A DNA stretch of 64,000 nucleotides, taken from positions 51,460,001-51,524,000 of the forward strand of contig NC_088858.1 of assembly GCF_963853765.1 (NCBI RefSeq), given 5' to 3'. Of this stretch, positions 26,033-39,463 are shown in pieces. The position numbers were made by a program, and so were the translations under genes. The notes under the pieces were generated by a model. That model had not been told where the DNA came from. It saw only the letters and a program-made list of their open reading frames with translations, and searched no databases. Position 1 is the stretch's first letter. Every line of letters starts with the position of its first letter. Origin of the DNA: Magallana gigas. Taxonomy: Eukaryota.

Positions 26033-27207
26033 GCTTCAATCTAATATCCCATCTCACAATAAACGCTAGAATCAAAGGTGGCATGGGACACTTCCATATT
26101 GTGACGTTTTTAGAACTACTACCGAAATAAATAAAAGCAAAAATTATCTTATAAATGTTTTCTTTCCTAGTATTGTTACCTTGATTTGAGGGTTAGAAAC
26201 GAACCTGTATGACATTCTCTAGTCTTGGTGGTGCTTTTAAATTTTTATCTTTTCAAAATTGTTTATACATATGATGGTCTAAAATCGTGAAATCTAAACT
26301 AATGAAAAAGCATTTTGAATATAATGCACATTAATGCCAACAGTTGTCCCATAACACCTTAACAAGCGTGTGCTGGCCTCTGAATTTCTCACAATGCATT
26401 ATCATCTCAGAGTTCTTCATGCATTGTTATTCAATGCCATACATCTATCCAGTCATTTATGGCACATGGGGTCAGTCTATAAAATATACGGGAACATTTT
26501 CCAGGTGAAGGTCACCAGCACCTGTCCATGTAATTACCCCCATTCTATCTGTAGCAGACACTCGATGTGTCAAAGATTTGATAACAAAACTCATCGACTG
26601 GCCGTCTACAGGCGAAGAAAACAAGTGACAGTTAATCAAAAGTACATTGTACATGTACCTTTAGCGGCAACTAGATACATCAGACAACTGGTATCGGATG
26701 ACATTGTATATTAGAACAACATATTGATTGACATGTGTCAACTTAAGTTTTTTGTCTGAAAATCAGTAGAAAGTAATGATGAAGAAGCTTGGTGATATAT
26801 TGGAACATAAGTATATGTATGATTCACATATGTATGATTTATTCTAACTATTCTGCCTATTTCTACAAAAAGCATACGGTATACACTATACCACCTTTTT
26901 CAATGTTTATCTTTAATAAGTAAGGGGCGATAGATAAGATTTTTAATTAAGGTGTAATATCCCTCTGCTCTTAATTTTGCCATATATTTTTTAAAAAAAA
27001 ATCATATTGCATGATTTTCATCAAAGTCAATATCAACCGATTCATATGGAACAAAGTTGAAGTGATGAAGCGCTGCTAGATTTTTCAAAAATTGATAATA
27101 TTTCTAATCATGATATGAAGAAAACTAGACATAGTGATTAGAATAAGCTTAATTTTACCATCGCAGCATAAATTAAAAATATGAAATGTATATGAAAATA
27201 ATATATA

Positions 27208-28701
27208 TGCTAGCGGAAAAAAGAAACTGTGCATTATAAAATTTAGTATAATTTTTCTATATCTATTGTTTGTATTTATAAAATTTAAACAATCGATAAT
27301 GGTAATGTTTTTGATAATATCGGATGGTAACCGTCCGGGTGCATGGACTTTTTCATGGTTAGTGAGCACCTGTTGTTTATTGAAGAATTTGTACGCACGA
27401 GTTTTACGGGCCAATGCTGTTTGGAATAAGAACTGTAAAGAATTTGTTTTAACTTTTTTTTTTAAGGAAATCACTTTAGTTTCAACAAAATTTACCCCTA
27501 TATCATGCCACGACTCAACGAAAACCAACGTAATCGTGCTGTTGGGATGCTGCAAGCTGGAATGGCACAAAATACTGTAGCAAGACACTTTGGAGTTCAT
27601 CGGAACACCATCCAGTCATTATGGAGACGTTTTCAACAATCTGGCAACACTCAGGATCGACCGCGCTCTGGGCGACCTCGTGTGACGTCACATCAACAGG
27701 ACAACCACATTAGACTTGTATATCTGAGAAATCGTTTCCAGAAAGCAAGTTTGACTGCCCGTAGCATTCCAGAGCTCGACCAGTTAGTCCAAGAACTGTG
27801 CGTAATCGTCTGCGCGAGCAAAACATCAGACCAAGACGTCCAGCGGTGCGCCCAGTACTGCTTCAACGTCATCGTATCGCCAGACTAGCGTGGTGCACAC
27901 GACATCAGCTATTCAGAATACAGGACTGGACTAATATTCTGTTCACTGATGAATCCAGATTTCATTTGGATAGCAGTGACGGCCGTTGTAGGGTGTATCG
28001 TCGCGTTACCAGGACGCGTGTGTTGTGCAACGTCGACAATTTGGTAGCGTTATGGTGTGGGGTGGAATATCAGCACGTGGAAGGATCCCTCTACAAATTG
28101 TCAATGGAAATCTCACCGGCGTACGCTATCGAGATGAAAATATTCAGCATCATGTGATACCCTTCATACAGAGACATCAAAATCACATCACTCTGCAGCA
28201 AGAAAACGCAAGGCCACATGTTGCACGTTTAGTCAGGGACTTGTTTGTTCAACAGAATGTCGATGTCTTGGCTTGGCCAGCTGTTACCCCGATTTGTCGC
28301 CGATCGAGCACGTCTGGGATGAAATGGAAAGACGTTTACGCCGTTTACCAAATCAGCCAGTGACATTGGCTGATTTAGGCCAGGCTTTAACCAACATCTG
28401 GAACAACATCCCTCAAGCAATTCTGAACACTTTAGTGGCATCAATGAGGAGTCGCGGTCAAGCATGCGTGAACGCAAATGGTGGTCACACGCGTTATTGA
28501 TTTTGTGTATTCAATTTCAAATAACAGTGACTTTCGAGTGTGCTGAAATTGACGTTATTCGACGTTGACATTAATGTGTTATGAGATGTTTTTACGAATA
28601 CATGTGTTAACAGTATTACAAAAAATAAAATTTGTTCATTGTAATTTTTAAATGTTTTTTTCATATATTAAATAATGCACAGTTTCTTTTTTCCGCTAGT
28701 A
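27208..28701 (+). mobile_element. Tc1/mariner transposon (DD34E-type), 1494 bp
   Basis: 30-bp TIRs T(G/A)CTAGCGGAAAAAAGAAACTGTGCATTAT; TA target duplication; internal transposase. Confidence 0.92.
27505..28500 (+). pseudogene. Tc1 transposase, frameshifted across four ORF pieces
   Basis: Paired-like HTH N-terminus (MPRLNENQRNRAVGMLQAG...RSGRPRVT); ILFTDESRF; SVMVWGGI; LQQENARPH (second catalytic D replaced by E); PDLSPIEHVW; C-terminal GGHTRY. Confidence 0.92.
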
Positions 28702-31153
28702 TAGTTATATACATTTTCAATTCATATTACAAAACATTTTGAAGCGCTGCGCAAAGTTGTATTGGTTTGCAACAAAATTGCTTCAATCAGCAAGAGTTAT
28801 CTTTCTTTATCATAGACTATTGAAGGTTTACATACAGTGCATGGTAAATTCCCACAGTTTCTGAATTTTCAGAAAAGATTTTCTGTTTTTAAATTTGGAT
28901 AAGATAATAGTAAATGGATCCATATACTAGTATTTAAGAATCCTAAAAATGTAAACCAGAGCATTTTGTTTTAACACAAAAAGGGGATCAAGTGAATAAT
29001 CTTCCAGTAATTGGTATGATCTCAATATAGGCATATAATGTCTGGAATCAAATATGATATTGGTTTGGGTTTTTTTCAATTTTGTTTTCCCATATCTGCT
29101 CACTCAGAATAGAAAAGCCTTATTCAATTTTAAACATTTGAAATGTAATAAGTTTCAAACGATTATAACTAGAATTTGTAATTGTCTTGGTCACATTTTT
29201 CCCAATTATAATTCGTTCAGAACTGTAAACGAGCTATAAGTAGAGAAATAAAAATATTCCATCCAAATATTCTCTGGCCTAAAACATCAAACATGTACTG
29301 TACATGTACTGAACTAGTACATAAAATTTAGTTACATTTTTTAAAAAAATTAATCCATCTTGGGGGGGGGGGGGGGGGGGGGTGGAGGAATAGCCATGTA
29401 GATATTGCCTCATAAATACTTAATTATTATGATACACTTCTTGTAATATTTTGTAAAAGTTTTCTTTACTTTTTTGCTCCCTGCTTCAAAAGAATCCTTG
29501 GGTTCAGTTCGTTCCGTTCAAATTTTCTTTATCTATATTTGAATTTAAATAAGGTATCGCCTTCCAACATAATGTGGGACCCATCACCACCTCCCTTTTT
29601 GTAACATGCCCTAATGATTGTGAGTTAACAAAAACAAGATGATATTATTTTCTACAGAAGTTATCTCTCTTATCAGAGGGACATTCAACCTTAATCAGAT
29701 GCTATCTCGGTAAAAAAATGTTTGTACACGAGTTCGTATCTGAACATAAAAGCTCATGGTGTGCAAAATAAAACGTAATAGATACTACTAGATGATCAGT
29801 ATAATATAGATACTACTAGATGGCCCAGTAAAGGTCTACCAGTACATGTACAACTGTGGTCTCGTGTGCATCTGGTTACCCCCGTGTCTGGTCTTCAACT
29901 CGTCAAATATGTTGATTGTCATTGAACTAAAACTAAGCCATACTTTCTCTAATCATGTTGACAGCGAATAATACAATCTTCTGTGTGACATTAATGATAT
30001 AATATTGCCAGGATTACCATGATAAGCAAGATAAAAACAGGCTACATACACGATAAAATCCTTTGTACATATGAATCTTAATTTCTGATATAATGGCGGA
30101 CAAAGGAGTAATACACAAACTCATGAATTTCATTTTTATGACGGAATTTAACAGTTTTTATTTCATTTATGTTATGTAATTGTATACGAATTTTCTAAAT
30201 TCTACAGCCTTTAAATTTTTCGTCATTTAATTTCAGACATAATCTGATAATGTATTTTTTTTTAAAAAGAACTTGTACAATCTTTTTTAGTGATTAATTA
30301 TTTTCATGGGTGTAGCTTATAATATCGGATGTTATTGTATATACACTATCAAGTTAAGTCATTTGAAAATACACGACCTATATTATATATCAGTTGTTCA
30401 TATACCATATTTTTGGATGATAAGACGACATTTTTTCTCCGATGCGCTAGCCTCGTCCTGTCTGCAGGATAGTCTTGTCTAAGTACGTGTATATTTAAAA
30501 AAAATGAAAGTCACTGGGTGCTTTCACGCGCTCTGAAATAGTGGCGGGGTTACCCAATTGAAACCCATGCCCGTTGTTACATTGATTGGGGGTGTTTTAT
30601 ACGAGTACATTCCATGATAATATTATTAATATATTCAGATGGTTATTTTATTCTACGAATATCCTTTCATTCTATATATGAAAGTTGAAACTGTAGGAAA
30701 CTATCGTTGCTTTAGTAAAAAAAAAACCCACAAAAATGTCTGGAGTAGAATGTTACGGTAAGTTGTGACAGAGACTGCAACTCCTGGTGGTATTAAAATT
30801 AATACTGTGCAGTAAACATTTTTGTGATGTCTATTATTGAAATGATATCATACTTTAAAAATAGGTTTGAAAAAGGGTATGTATATGTTATAATTATAAT
30901 TGGTTTTCAATGCAAGCTGGTTTATCAATATTTTGTTGATGCTTGTCTATGAATAAGATACTCTCAAGCAACTTAGACAGACGTACATATGACTACATAT
31001 AAACACACTTTAGCCAATTATATATGTAAAGAAAAAATTGTTTTCATATATTTAATTTAAAAAAGATTGTCACGACAGGCACGTAGTGCTCATTGTTTTT
31101 GAAAGTGGGGGGGGGGTCAACTAAAACATATTGACACCCCCCCCCCAAAAAAA

Positions 31154-31157
31154 AATA

Positions 31158-31228
<71 letters not shown>
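31154..31228. repeat. (GA)n microsatellite within a G/C-tract MITE fragment
   Basis: Pure AG run. Confidence 0.95.
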
Positions 31229-31233
<5 letters not shown>

Positions 31234-31600
31234 CACTTTCCGGAATTCTGTGGGTTGTACGATATGGTTTTAGAGACAGGAAATATCCTTACCTGTGGCG
31301 GGAAATAAAAATGTAAACATCACCGCGTAGACGTCAACTTTTCTAAATGCAGTCAGAGAAAGCCTGTTTACATTATATGAATTGAGTAGCGGTTGGCAAT
31401 ATCTAGCTTATTTTTTTCCTGAAAGGAATCAGATATTTTTATTGTTCCTGACCCTTAAGGCATTTGGGTGAGTTTTCAAATGGCAGAGGCAAACTCATAA
31501 ACTGACAAAAGCAAATGTGTATGTGGAAAGTTAGAAATCACGTGTTTTAGATCATAAATTGTTTTTAAATATAATTGTTTACATTTTCCATCGCCAAGTC

Positions 31601-34600
31601 ATGGCATCGGCTGCAGATGAAGAGATTTGGATACAAGAAGAAATAGAAAACCAACAAATTCAGATCAATGCAGGTAGCAGCTAGCTGTTATAAATTGAAA
31701 TTTGATTCTTTCAACTATCTTCACCATTTTATTTTGATCAAGTCTGATCAATTATCACTTGTTCATTGCAAAGACTTTTATTTATATATGATTTAAGCAA
31801 ATTACTGTTGAACAGCAGGGCTGCATTCAAGATCGGGGTTCATGTGTAGCAGCTCTCCTGTTGAATGGTTTACCTAGCCACTAGTGCCACTACATATATA
31901 TTCATAGCCCGAATATTTTATGCTATGCATCTAATTTTTGATGGATACCTTAGTTACGATTTTGTCTTATAATTATGAATTTGAATTATGAATTTATATT
32001 TGTGCTTGAAATAACAAATTATGTCAATGTAATAAGTCTTTAGTCGAATATTTCCAACTTCAAAGCAGGAGACCTAGCAGCATACCTAGCTGTCTGTTGA
32101 ATAGACCTATCAATGAGGCCAAAAAAAATTATTCCTGTCTCCTGTCGCCCGACCAACCCTATCTTTTACCCTCCAACCCTAAAAGTTTTTTTGTGATCAT
32201 TGTGTGGTGATCGGTAACATCGCCTGGCCCAGAATTTCCTCAGAAAGAGAAGTGAAGGTGCCCAGTCTTCTGAGTTCACAATGGTGTAAATTAACCTCAA
32301 TGGCAAAAGAATAATAGCAAAATAATCTACAGACATTTTTATAGCATAAATCAATCTTGTGGTTAATAACTTGCGACTCTCTTATCTTCAGGGGATATAA
32401 ATATGGGTGATGCAACAACATACTGTGCATTGGAAATTACAAAAAAGATCTTTATTACTTTAAATCATGATATAACAGTTAGTTAATAACCTATTATTGG
32501 CTAATAACTTTGCAATAAATGTTAAAATTATCATAAAACGCTTTTCTTCATTGTCTTGAGAATTAACGAGGCCGGGTCTAATTTGTTCTGCTCTAGATTT
32601 TTTGATGAAACTTTTTACATGAATTTCTACTGATATAATAATTATTTTAAGATTAAAAAATAAGACATTTACCACACCGTTTGTTTAGGGGGTCATCTCA
32701 AAGTTTGTTAATCTGTAACATAGGACCCTATGGGATTTTGCTTGAAATGTTTCAATTTTGCATATTTTTTACATTTTTTCAAAACTTCTGCCCTAGGGAT
32801 TTCTTTTTCTGTTCTACATATTAAAGTTATTGCTAAAAGGCATCAAATGGTCAAATAAAAAAAACCTTTTACCTCCTGGTTTGTTCCAGGGGTCTTATCA
32901 AAGTTGATTTTTGTATGCCCAATTTCCCAGATTCGTCAGATAATGGCTTTTTTTTATTTGACAAAGGCTGAAAAGGTGATCTATATAGTATTATTAAAAC
33001 ATTCAGACATATTTAAGTAATAAAAAAATATATAACATCACATATTAAGGGTCATTGATATAAAATACATGGGTACTGTCTTGAAATATACGAATTAAGC
33101 TATATTTAGGCAGGTTAAGAAAACGTGACAGAGGGCTAGGCTTGCTGAACCCTCTTCACATTTTCGACCCGAGCCCAAATATAGCTTATACTTCGAGACA
33201 TACCGGTATATGCTTATTCCACAATATAACATTATTTTTACGCATCAAACGAGATATTTTCAACAATTTTCGCTGAATATCTGCAGTTGAAACTATCACG
33301 CCATGGCGTCAACCAAGCAAAAATATGACGTCACAATACAAATGAAACGCTGCGCGAAACTTTAAACAGATCTTCTACATAACGTACGGTAGTAAGTGGG
33401 TCAAAGGGTTGGACTAATACCCATAATACACAGATGTACAGAGACTGGTTTAATTAATATTGACATTAAAATACAATACAGAAATATTTATCCAGAAAAG
33501 GATAAATACATCCATATACATGTAGATTAAATTTTGCAAATAATATTAGTTTTTATTTATAATTTTAAAAAAAATCAATTTTTTTCTTTGCCTATTGTTT
33601 TCTATACATAACATGCATCAATAATACAAAGATCTTTGGAAATTTGAAGTCATCATTAACATACCGTACACTGTAAATATACTTCTGTCTCATTATTACA
33701 CACCTCCAAGTTTTCAAAAATAAATTTTTTTTTAAAAATAAATTTTTTTTCCTACCTACCTACCTACCCAAATTTTTTTGGTCAGGTGACAGGAATATAT
33801 TTTTTTTTTGGCCTGACCTAGTGGCTAGGCTAGCTGTGATAATCTTCAACGCAGCCCTGGCGATACCAGTGAGGGAGTCTTTGACTTTCAAATATCAGTG
33901 TCTAGTAGCAAATCAATGAATGGTCAACTTTTTAACCATGATATTCACTCAGTATTATGTTCATGACATTTTACATACTGTAGTGTGAACAAATGATGTT
34001 TCACTACTTTGAGATGGTTGGCTCCTATTCTATTACACACTGAGATGGCTTTTGTTGTAATGTTTCACTCCTAAACATGTGCTCTAATATATACATGTAG
34101 GTACAAATTGGTATCAAAATTGTAAATGATATACTGGTAAAGTTCATGAATATGTGCACAAAGAACTATTATGCATGCCTTCTTTAGCTGTGAAAAATAA
34201 ATAAACATGTTTTAGATTGGCAGCAATCAAAGAAAACTGTTAAACTAATATGAGATATTTCAGGCTGATATAAGAGCAAAACATTGAGGCGCATAACGTC
34301 TCAGCCAGGATAAATCATAATTAGGGATTCTGACACAACTACGGCTAAGACATGTATGCACACAGAAAGAAGGAAATACATGTATTGTTTTTCAAACCCA
34401 ATGTTTATGATATATGTGTTCTGGGAACTGTTCATACCCATTTGTCTTGTATAATCGATATTGTGTACTATGTCATAGGTCAGAATAATATGTGCACTGT
34501 CTGAGTGTTAGCCAATAAAATGAAGTAGTGTGCACAGGTGATGCAAGCTCTCTCTCTATTGTGACCACCACAACATTTGATTGAAAAAAAAATGGAACAA

Positions 34601-37600
34601 AGTCTTTTGTACCAATATAAAATATATATGGTATTTGGAAATTTTTAAATAGAATGAAATGTGTGGACATTTATATTTCTAATTATTTTAGGCTCTGTGG
34701 AGTTGGGGGAGATTTCCAAGAAAGATTTAAAAGACAAGTAAGATTTACCGTAATAACTCAAACTCATTCTCCCTGTTATTTTTAACTTACCTTAGCTGAA
34801 AGCTCAAATGAGCTTTTCTTAGAGTCTCTGTAAACTTTTCACATTTTCAACTTCTTATCCAGAACCACAGGACCCATTTTAACCTAACTTGGCACTAAAC
34901 ATCCTAGGTACTGTATAAATGGGATTCATGTTTGCAAAAATGAAGGGCCTTGCCCTCTTTCAGCAGGAGATAATTTTAAACTATCGTATTGATTTATTCA
35001 ATTGGCATTTTAAAAGAATTTTCCCAAAATCATTTTGCCAGAAAAGCTGAAACTTTTGTGGAAGCATCTTCAGGTTGTGAGTTTAGATGTTGTTCAAATC
35101 ATGATTCCCAGGGCTAGGGTTGGGCCACATTTTTAAATTGGATAAAAAAAATCTTTTCAATAATCATTTGGCTAGAAAAGTTGAAAACTAGTGTAGAAGC
35201 ATCCTCAGGTAGCATTGATTCAAATTTGCTAAAATCATGATCATGACAGTAGGGTGAGGCTACAATGATTAAATTTTTACATAAAAATCTTTGAAAATCT
35301 TGCTCCCTAAAGCTGAAACAACAAAAAGGGCTCTATGATTAAGTTAGTGATTAACATAAGAAATTGTTGAAAAACATAAAAATACTTTATCTCATTGTCA
35401 AGATAAATTTTTATATTTTATACTATAAAGCTGATTGATCTGAGTTCTAGCTGTTGAGGCTAAGGTGAGCGACGTGGCACCTGGGCCTCTGTTTTTGTTT
35501 ATCTCTGAAAATTTTTATGTGTAATAATATATTTTTATTATATCCAGAGTTTCCCATGGACTTGATGATTTGTTTGAGCAGACCATGTACAAGGAAAGAG
35601 TAAACCTGGTCAGAAAGAGGCAAGTAGTTTAACAAGACAGAGTTTTAGCATGATCTTTTTACCATAAGTGTTGTAATTTCTAATTTTGATGAAAAGTTAC
35701 AGTTTGTATAAAATTCTTCTCACATCTTTCCTGTAAGAGACACACGGCTCGGTAGTTAACATTGTCATAGCTTTGTATACTTTACTGATATGTATGAAAA
35801 AGACTCATTTGTCAGAAGTTGATTCATATTCATGAAACTTAATAATATTGGTAATTTGATTTTTAAATTAATAGACTGGAAAGGAGTGAGGCCATTATAT
35901 CAGAGCTGTTCAATCAACCAGAAAGAGGGGGAGGGGATGTTCTATTCCATACACCAGAACAGGCGTAAGTTCGTTATAATTGGCGGATATTCAATGTTTT
36001 GTTCTTGAGGATGATTAATTTTATTTCCATATATAAGTCAATAAAATGGGTAACAAATCAATTTTACCTACAACTACTGGTAGTTATTTCCTTTTTCGGT
36101 AACGTTCTGTCAGACCAAATCTTTATAGTAAGTATTACTTAATATCTTTTTCCAATATATTTTCCCTATACATTTGTACATGTATTTTACTTAATGTATC
36201 TGGGATAGCAGATTTGTTGACTTAAGCCACTTTTTAAAAAATGTTTGCCCTCTGCTGATTGTCTGACACAAAGTACTGGGTCTGAGTACGATTTTCTTTA
36301 ATTGATCTGTTTTCAGATTTTACAAAAATTGAACACATAAAAAAAATATTTTAAAATATTTTTAAAAGATTTTTAAAGCTGGCCTGATAAATAAATGCTT
36401 TGTTTTTTGTGGCAGTGTGAATAATAGTTGCTGAATGTATTTTAGCAGTGTACATATGTTAATAATATGAAACATGGTGTACATAGCCTGTTGCGTTGAT
36501 GTGGTTCTAAAGTCTGCTGGAGATGCATATAGTCTTTCACTGATGTTTTTGTTGACAGGTATCTGGAAAACTTGTTGGAGAGACAGTGCACACTTGTGTC
36601 CGATATCATGAGAACTCTTAAGGTTTGTTGATTGTCAAGTTCAGATTTTGGTGGTTAAAGCACCAAGTCTTTGTGTAAGTAAAGATGCATTTGGTTGGAG
36701 ACATGATTGTTTTTGATAAGGTGAGGGTGAAAGCCAATTATTTTTGAGCTGGTACAAAAATTTATAAATAAAATTGTCAAACTCAGTGAAAATTTACATA
36801 GCAGTTTGTGTAAGTTTGATTTAAAGTAAAATTTTTGAGTTTTTAAATGAATGTATTAAAGAGGATTTGTTGTTAATTCTTCAGGATTGCACAAAATATC
36901 AAGAAGAACTTGACCATGTGAAGAAAGAAAACAGAGGTTAGATTTTAAATTTTAATTTAGAGAGGCTTTTAATTCATTCACTTTGTTTTATCAAGACTTA
37001 GTTTTAATATCTTTAAATTTTCACACATTACTCTATAGAAGAGTTGACATTTTATAGTTTGGTGTGGTTTGTGTCCACACATTGTAGGCAAAATACAAAT
37101 GTATCTATTGATAAAGGATTGTCTTATCTGTTCTGTAAAGTTGTTTGCATGAGGTTGAAAGAGAAATGTAACCCAGGATAGACATTAATTTTTCAATCCA
37201 CTTGCCCTAAGGGCAAGTAAACAGAAATTCTGACTTGCTCAAATGTAAAAATTGGAAGCCTGAAAATTACAATGTAGTAAAAAAAATGTCATAAAAATCA
37301 TCTTATTTCAGAAATTAATGTTTTTAAGCAAAAATTAAGTGTTTTATTTATATTAATAAATTGGACTTTTTCCCCCAGATATATTGGTAGAAAACAGACA
37401 ATTGCTCAAAGAATTAAAAGAGAAGCAAGAAAATACAAAAAAGATCAATGATCAAGAAACTCAGAGGTAGAGTATATTGAAATTCCAAAATGAAATTCTG
37501 CAGATTGTTTAATTAAGCCTGCATACTTTCAGTCCTGGATAGAAATATGAGTTATTGATTGGGAATAAGTAACACAGTCATTTACCTTTTAATCAATTCA

Positions 37601-39463
37601 ATATTTCTGCTGCAGGTCACATGTTGAGGTATTTTAGTCTCCAGCGCACTGTTAGAAATAGTTGCACAAATTTACACTTTTTCTATGAATTTACATGTAC
37701 ATGTATTTCATTATCTTGGAAATATGCTGCCTACATATACCTTCTGACCTAGTCCTTGTTGCACCCAAAGGCACGGGCTGGTTAAGGACAAGGGATTTTC
37801 ATTCTTTTCTATTCTTGTCCCTCTTTTACACCTCTCCCCAGGTAAGGTTCATGTCTGAGTTCCTTTTCATTAGTTTGCCTTTATGTTGTTCTTGGTCAGT
37901 CTTTTCTCCTTTTTCCTGCTGGGGTCCATCTTAGTGCCACTCTTGTGTTATTGTTTTTAGGCTTTCTTCCGACATGATCAATCCATCTCTATCTGTATTT
38001 TCTTAGTAATGTCCCATTATCTGATGTTTTTATTATTATACCCCCGCTCCGAAGGAGAGGGGGTATACTGTTTTACCCTTGTGTGTCTGTCCGTAACAAA
38101 AAATTTTGTCGCATTTATCTCAGCAACTATTTATCGCAGATGCTTGAAATTTTTACACAGTGTTTGTTAAGGCATGCCATATCGTGGGATATATTTTTGT
38201 ACCATTCGGACGTCAACTTCCTGTTAAATGATGACATTGCTTATTTTTTTTACCAAAATTTTCAAACAAATTTCCGTCAAAGATTTCTCAGCAACTATTT
38301 ATCGCAGATGCTTGAAATTTTTACACAGTATTTGTATAGGCATGCCATATCGTGGATTATATTTTTGTACCAATCGGACGTCAACTTCCTGTTTAATGAG
38401 TACTTTGTTTATTTTTAGCCAAAATTTTCAAACAAATTTCCGTCAAAGATTTCTCAGCAACTATTTATCGCAGATGCTTGAAATTTTAACACACTCTTTG
38501 TTTTGGCATGCCATATTGAAGGATATATTTTTGTACCAATCGGACGTCAACTTCCTGTTAAATGAGTACTTTGTTTATTTTAGCCAAAATTTTCAAACAA
38601 ATTTTTCTCAAAGATTTCTCAGCAGCTATTTATCGCAGATGCTTGAAATTTTAACACACTATTTGTTTAGGCATGCCATATAGTGGGATATATTTCTGTA
38701 CCAATCGGATGCCAGCTTTCTGTTAAATGTCGACTTTGCTTATTTTGCATATTCACATCAGAGCGGGGGTATCACTAGTGAGCATTGGCTCACAGATATC
38801 TTGTTTTGTATAGATTTTTATTGTGATTTTTGCTGGCCAGAATATCCCCCAATATCTCTGAGGCAGCTATTATGGATTATTGATTGTATCTATCTTGGCA
38901 ATTGCTGTGTTAATGCAGGAGTAACAAAACAAAATGTTTTTAGCGTTTCAATAAAAATAATGTCTAGATTACAGAGTATACTTTGAAGGTGAGGATAACG
39001 TTTTAAAACTAAAAAAGGCTAAGGGTTTGACAACTATACCTTTCAAAAATTTGGACAGTACTATAAAGCAAAATAAAGTGTATAAACTTGTGTGACCATA
39101 GCAGCCAAATTGACTCTTTTTATTTGAATATTTTATGTACTTTAATTTACATTGTTCATTTTGAAAATTAAATCTTCTTTCAGTTGCAGAATAAATTTAG
39201 TGTCACTGTGTGGTGTCAATATATTCAAAACTTCTGAACAAGTCAGTTCATTAAGTAGAATCCCATAATTTGGTATTGACTTAACCACAATGTTCTGCAT
39301 TCTATATTGTAGTCTGTGTGAGGAGTTGGACCAGCAGCTGAGGATGATTTCTATCACACGTGCTATTCTACAGGGACTGATCGTGGGCAGTGGAGTTCAC
39401 TGGGCTGAGAACCAGCAGCTCCAAGAACTGGTGCTCAAGCTCGGGGAAGTCCTCCAAATATAA
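31601..39463 (+). CDS. CENPH: Centromere protein H-like, about 211 aa, 8 exons
   Basis: Exons 31601-31673, 34692-34737, 35548-35619, 35875-35964, 36559-36622, 36885-36936, 37379-37466, 39313-39463 are phase-consistent (636 nt). Coiled-coil protein ending ...RAILQGLIVGSGVHWAENQQLQELVLKLGE, matching the CENP-H C-terminal motif (human FQNLILGSKVNWAEDPALKEIVLQLE). Extra small exons cannot be excluded. Confidence 0.8.
32117..33813. mobile_element. Non-autonomous TIR element in CENPH intron 1 (Harbinger-like), containing nested repeats
   Basis: TIR GGCCAAAAAAAA(T)TATTCCTGTC.CCTG is mirrored at the right end; 3-bp TGA on both flanks. Confidence 0.6.
34782..35492 (+). mobile_element. Helentron-associated (HINE-type) element in CENPH intron 2
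   Basis: 5' TTTTAACTTACCTTAGCTGAAAGCTCAAATGAGCTTTT; 3' AAGGTGAGCGACGTGGCACCTGGGCCTCTGTT; degenerate internal repeats. Confidence 0.6.
38036..38803 (+). mobile_element. Helentron-associated (HINE-type) element with about 4 x 166-bp satellite-like units
   Basis: Subterminal IR CCCCCGCTC / GAGCGGGGG; GTCTGTCC tract; 3' palindrome GTGAGC...GCTCAC then CTTGTT. Unit marker CA(A/G)CTATTTATCGCAGATGCTTG at 38124, 38292, 38458, 38623. Confidence 0.85.

Noticed and set aside
27085-27600. 171-aa minus-strand ORF
   Set aside because: Spans the Tc1 left end and flank; antisense, AT-rich, no motif.
38083-38683. ORFs with internally repeated peptides
   Set aside because: Read-through of the 166-bp satellite-like units.
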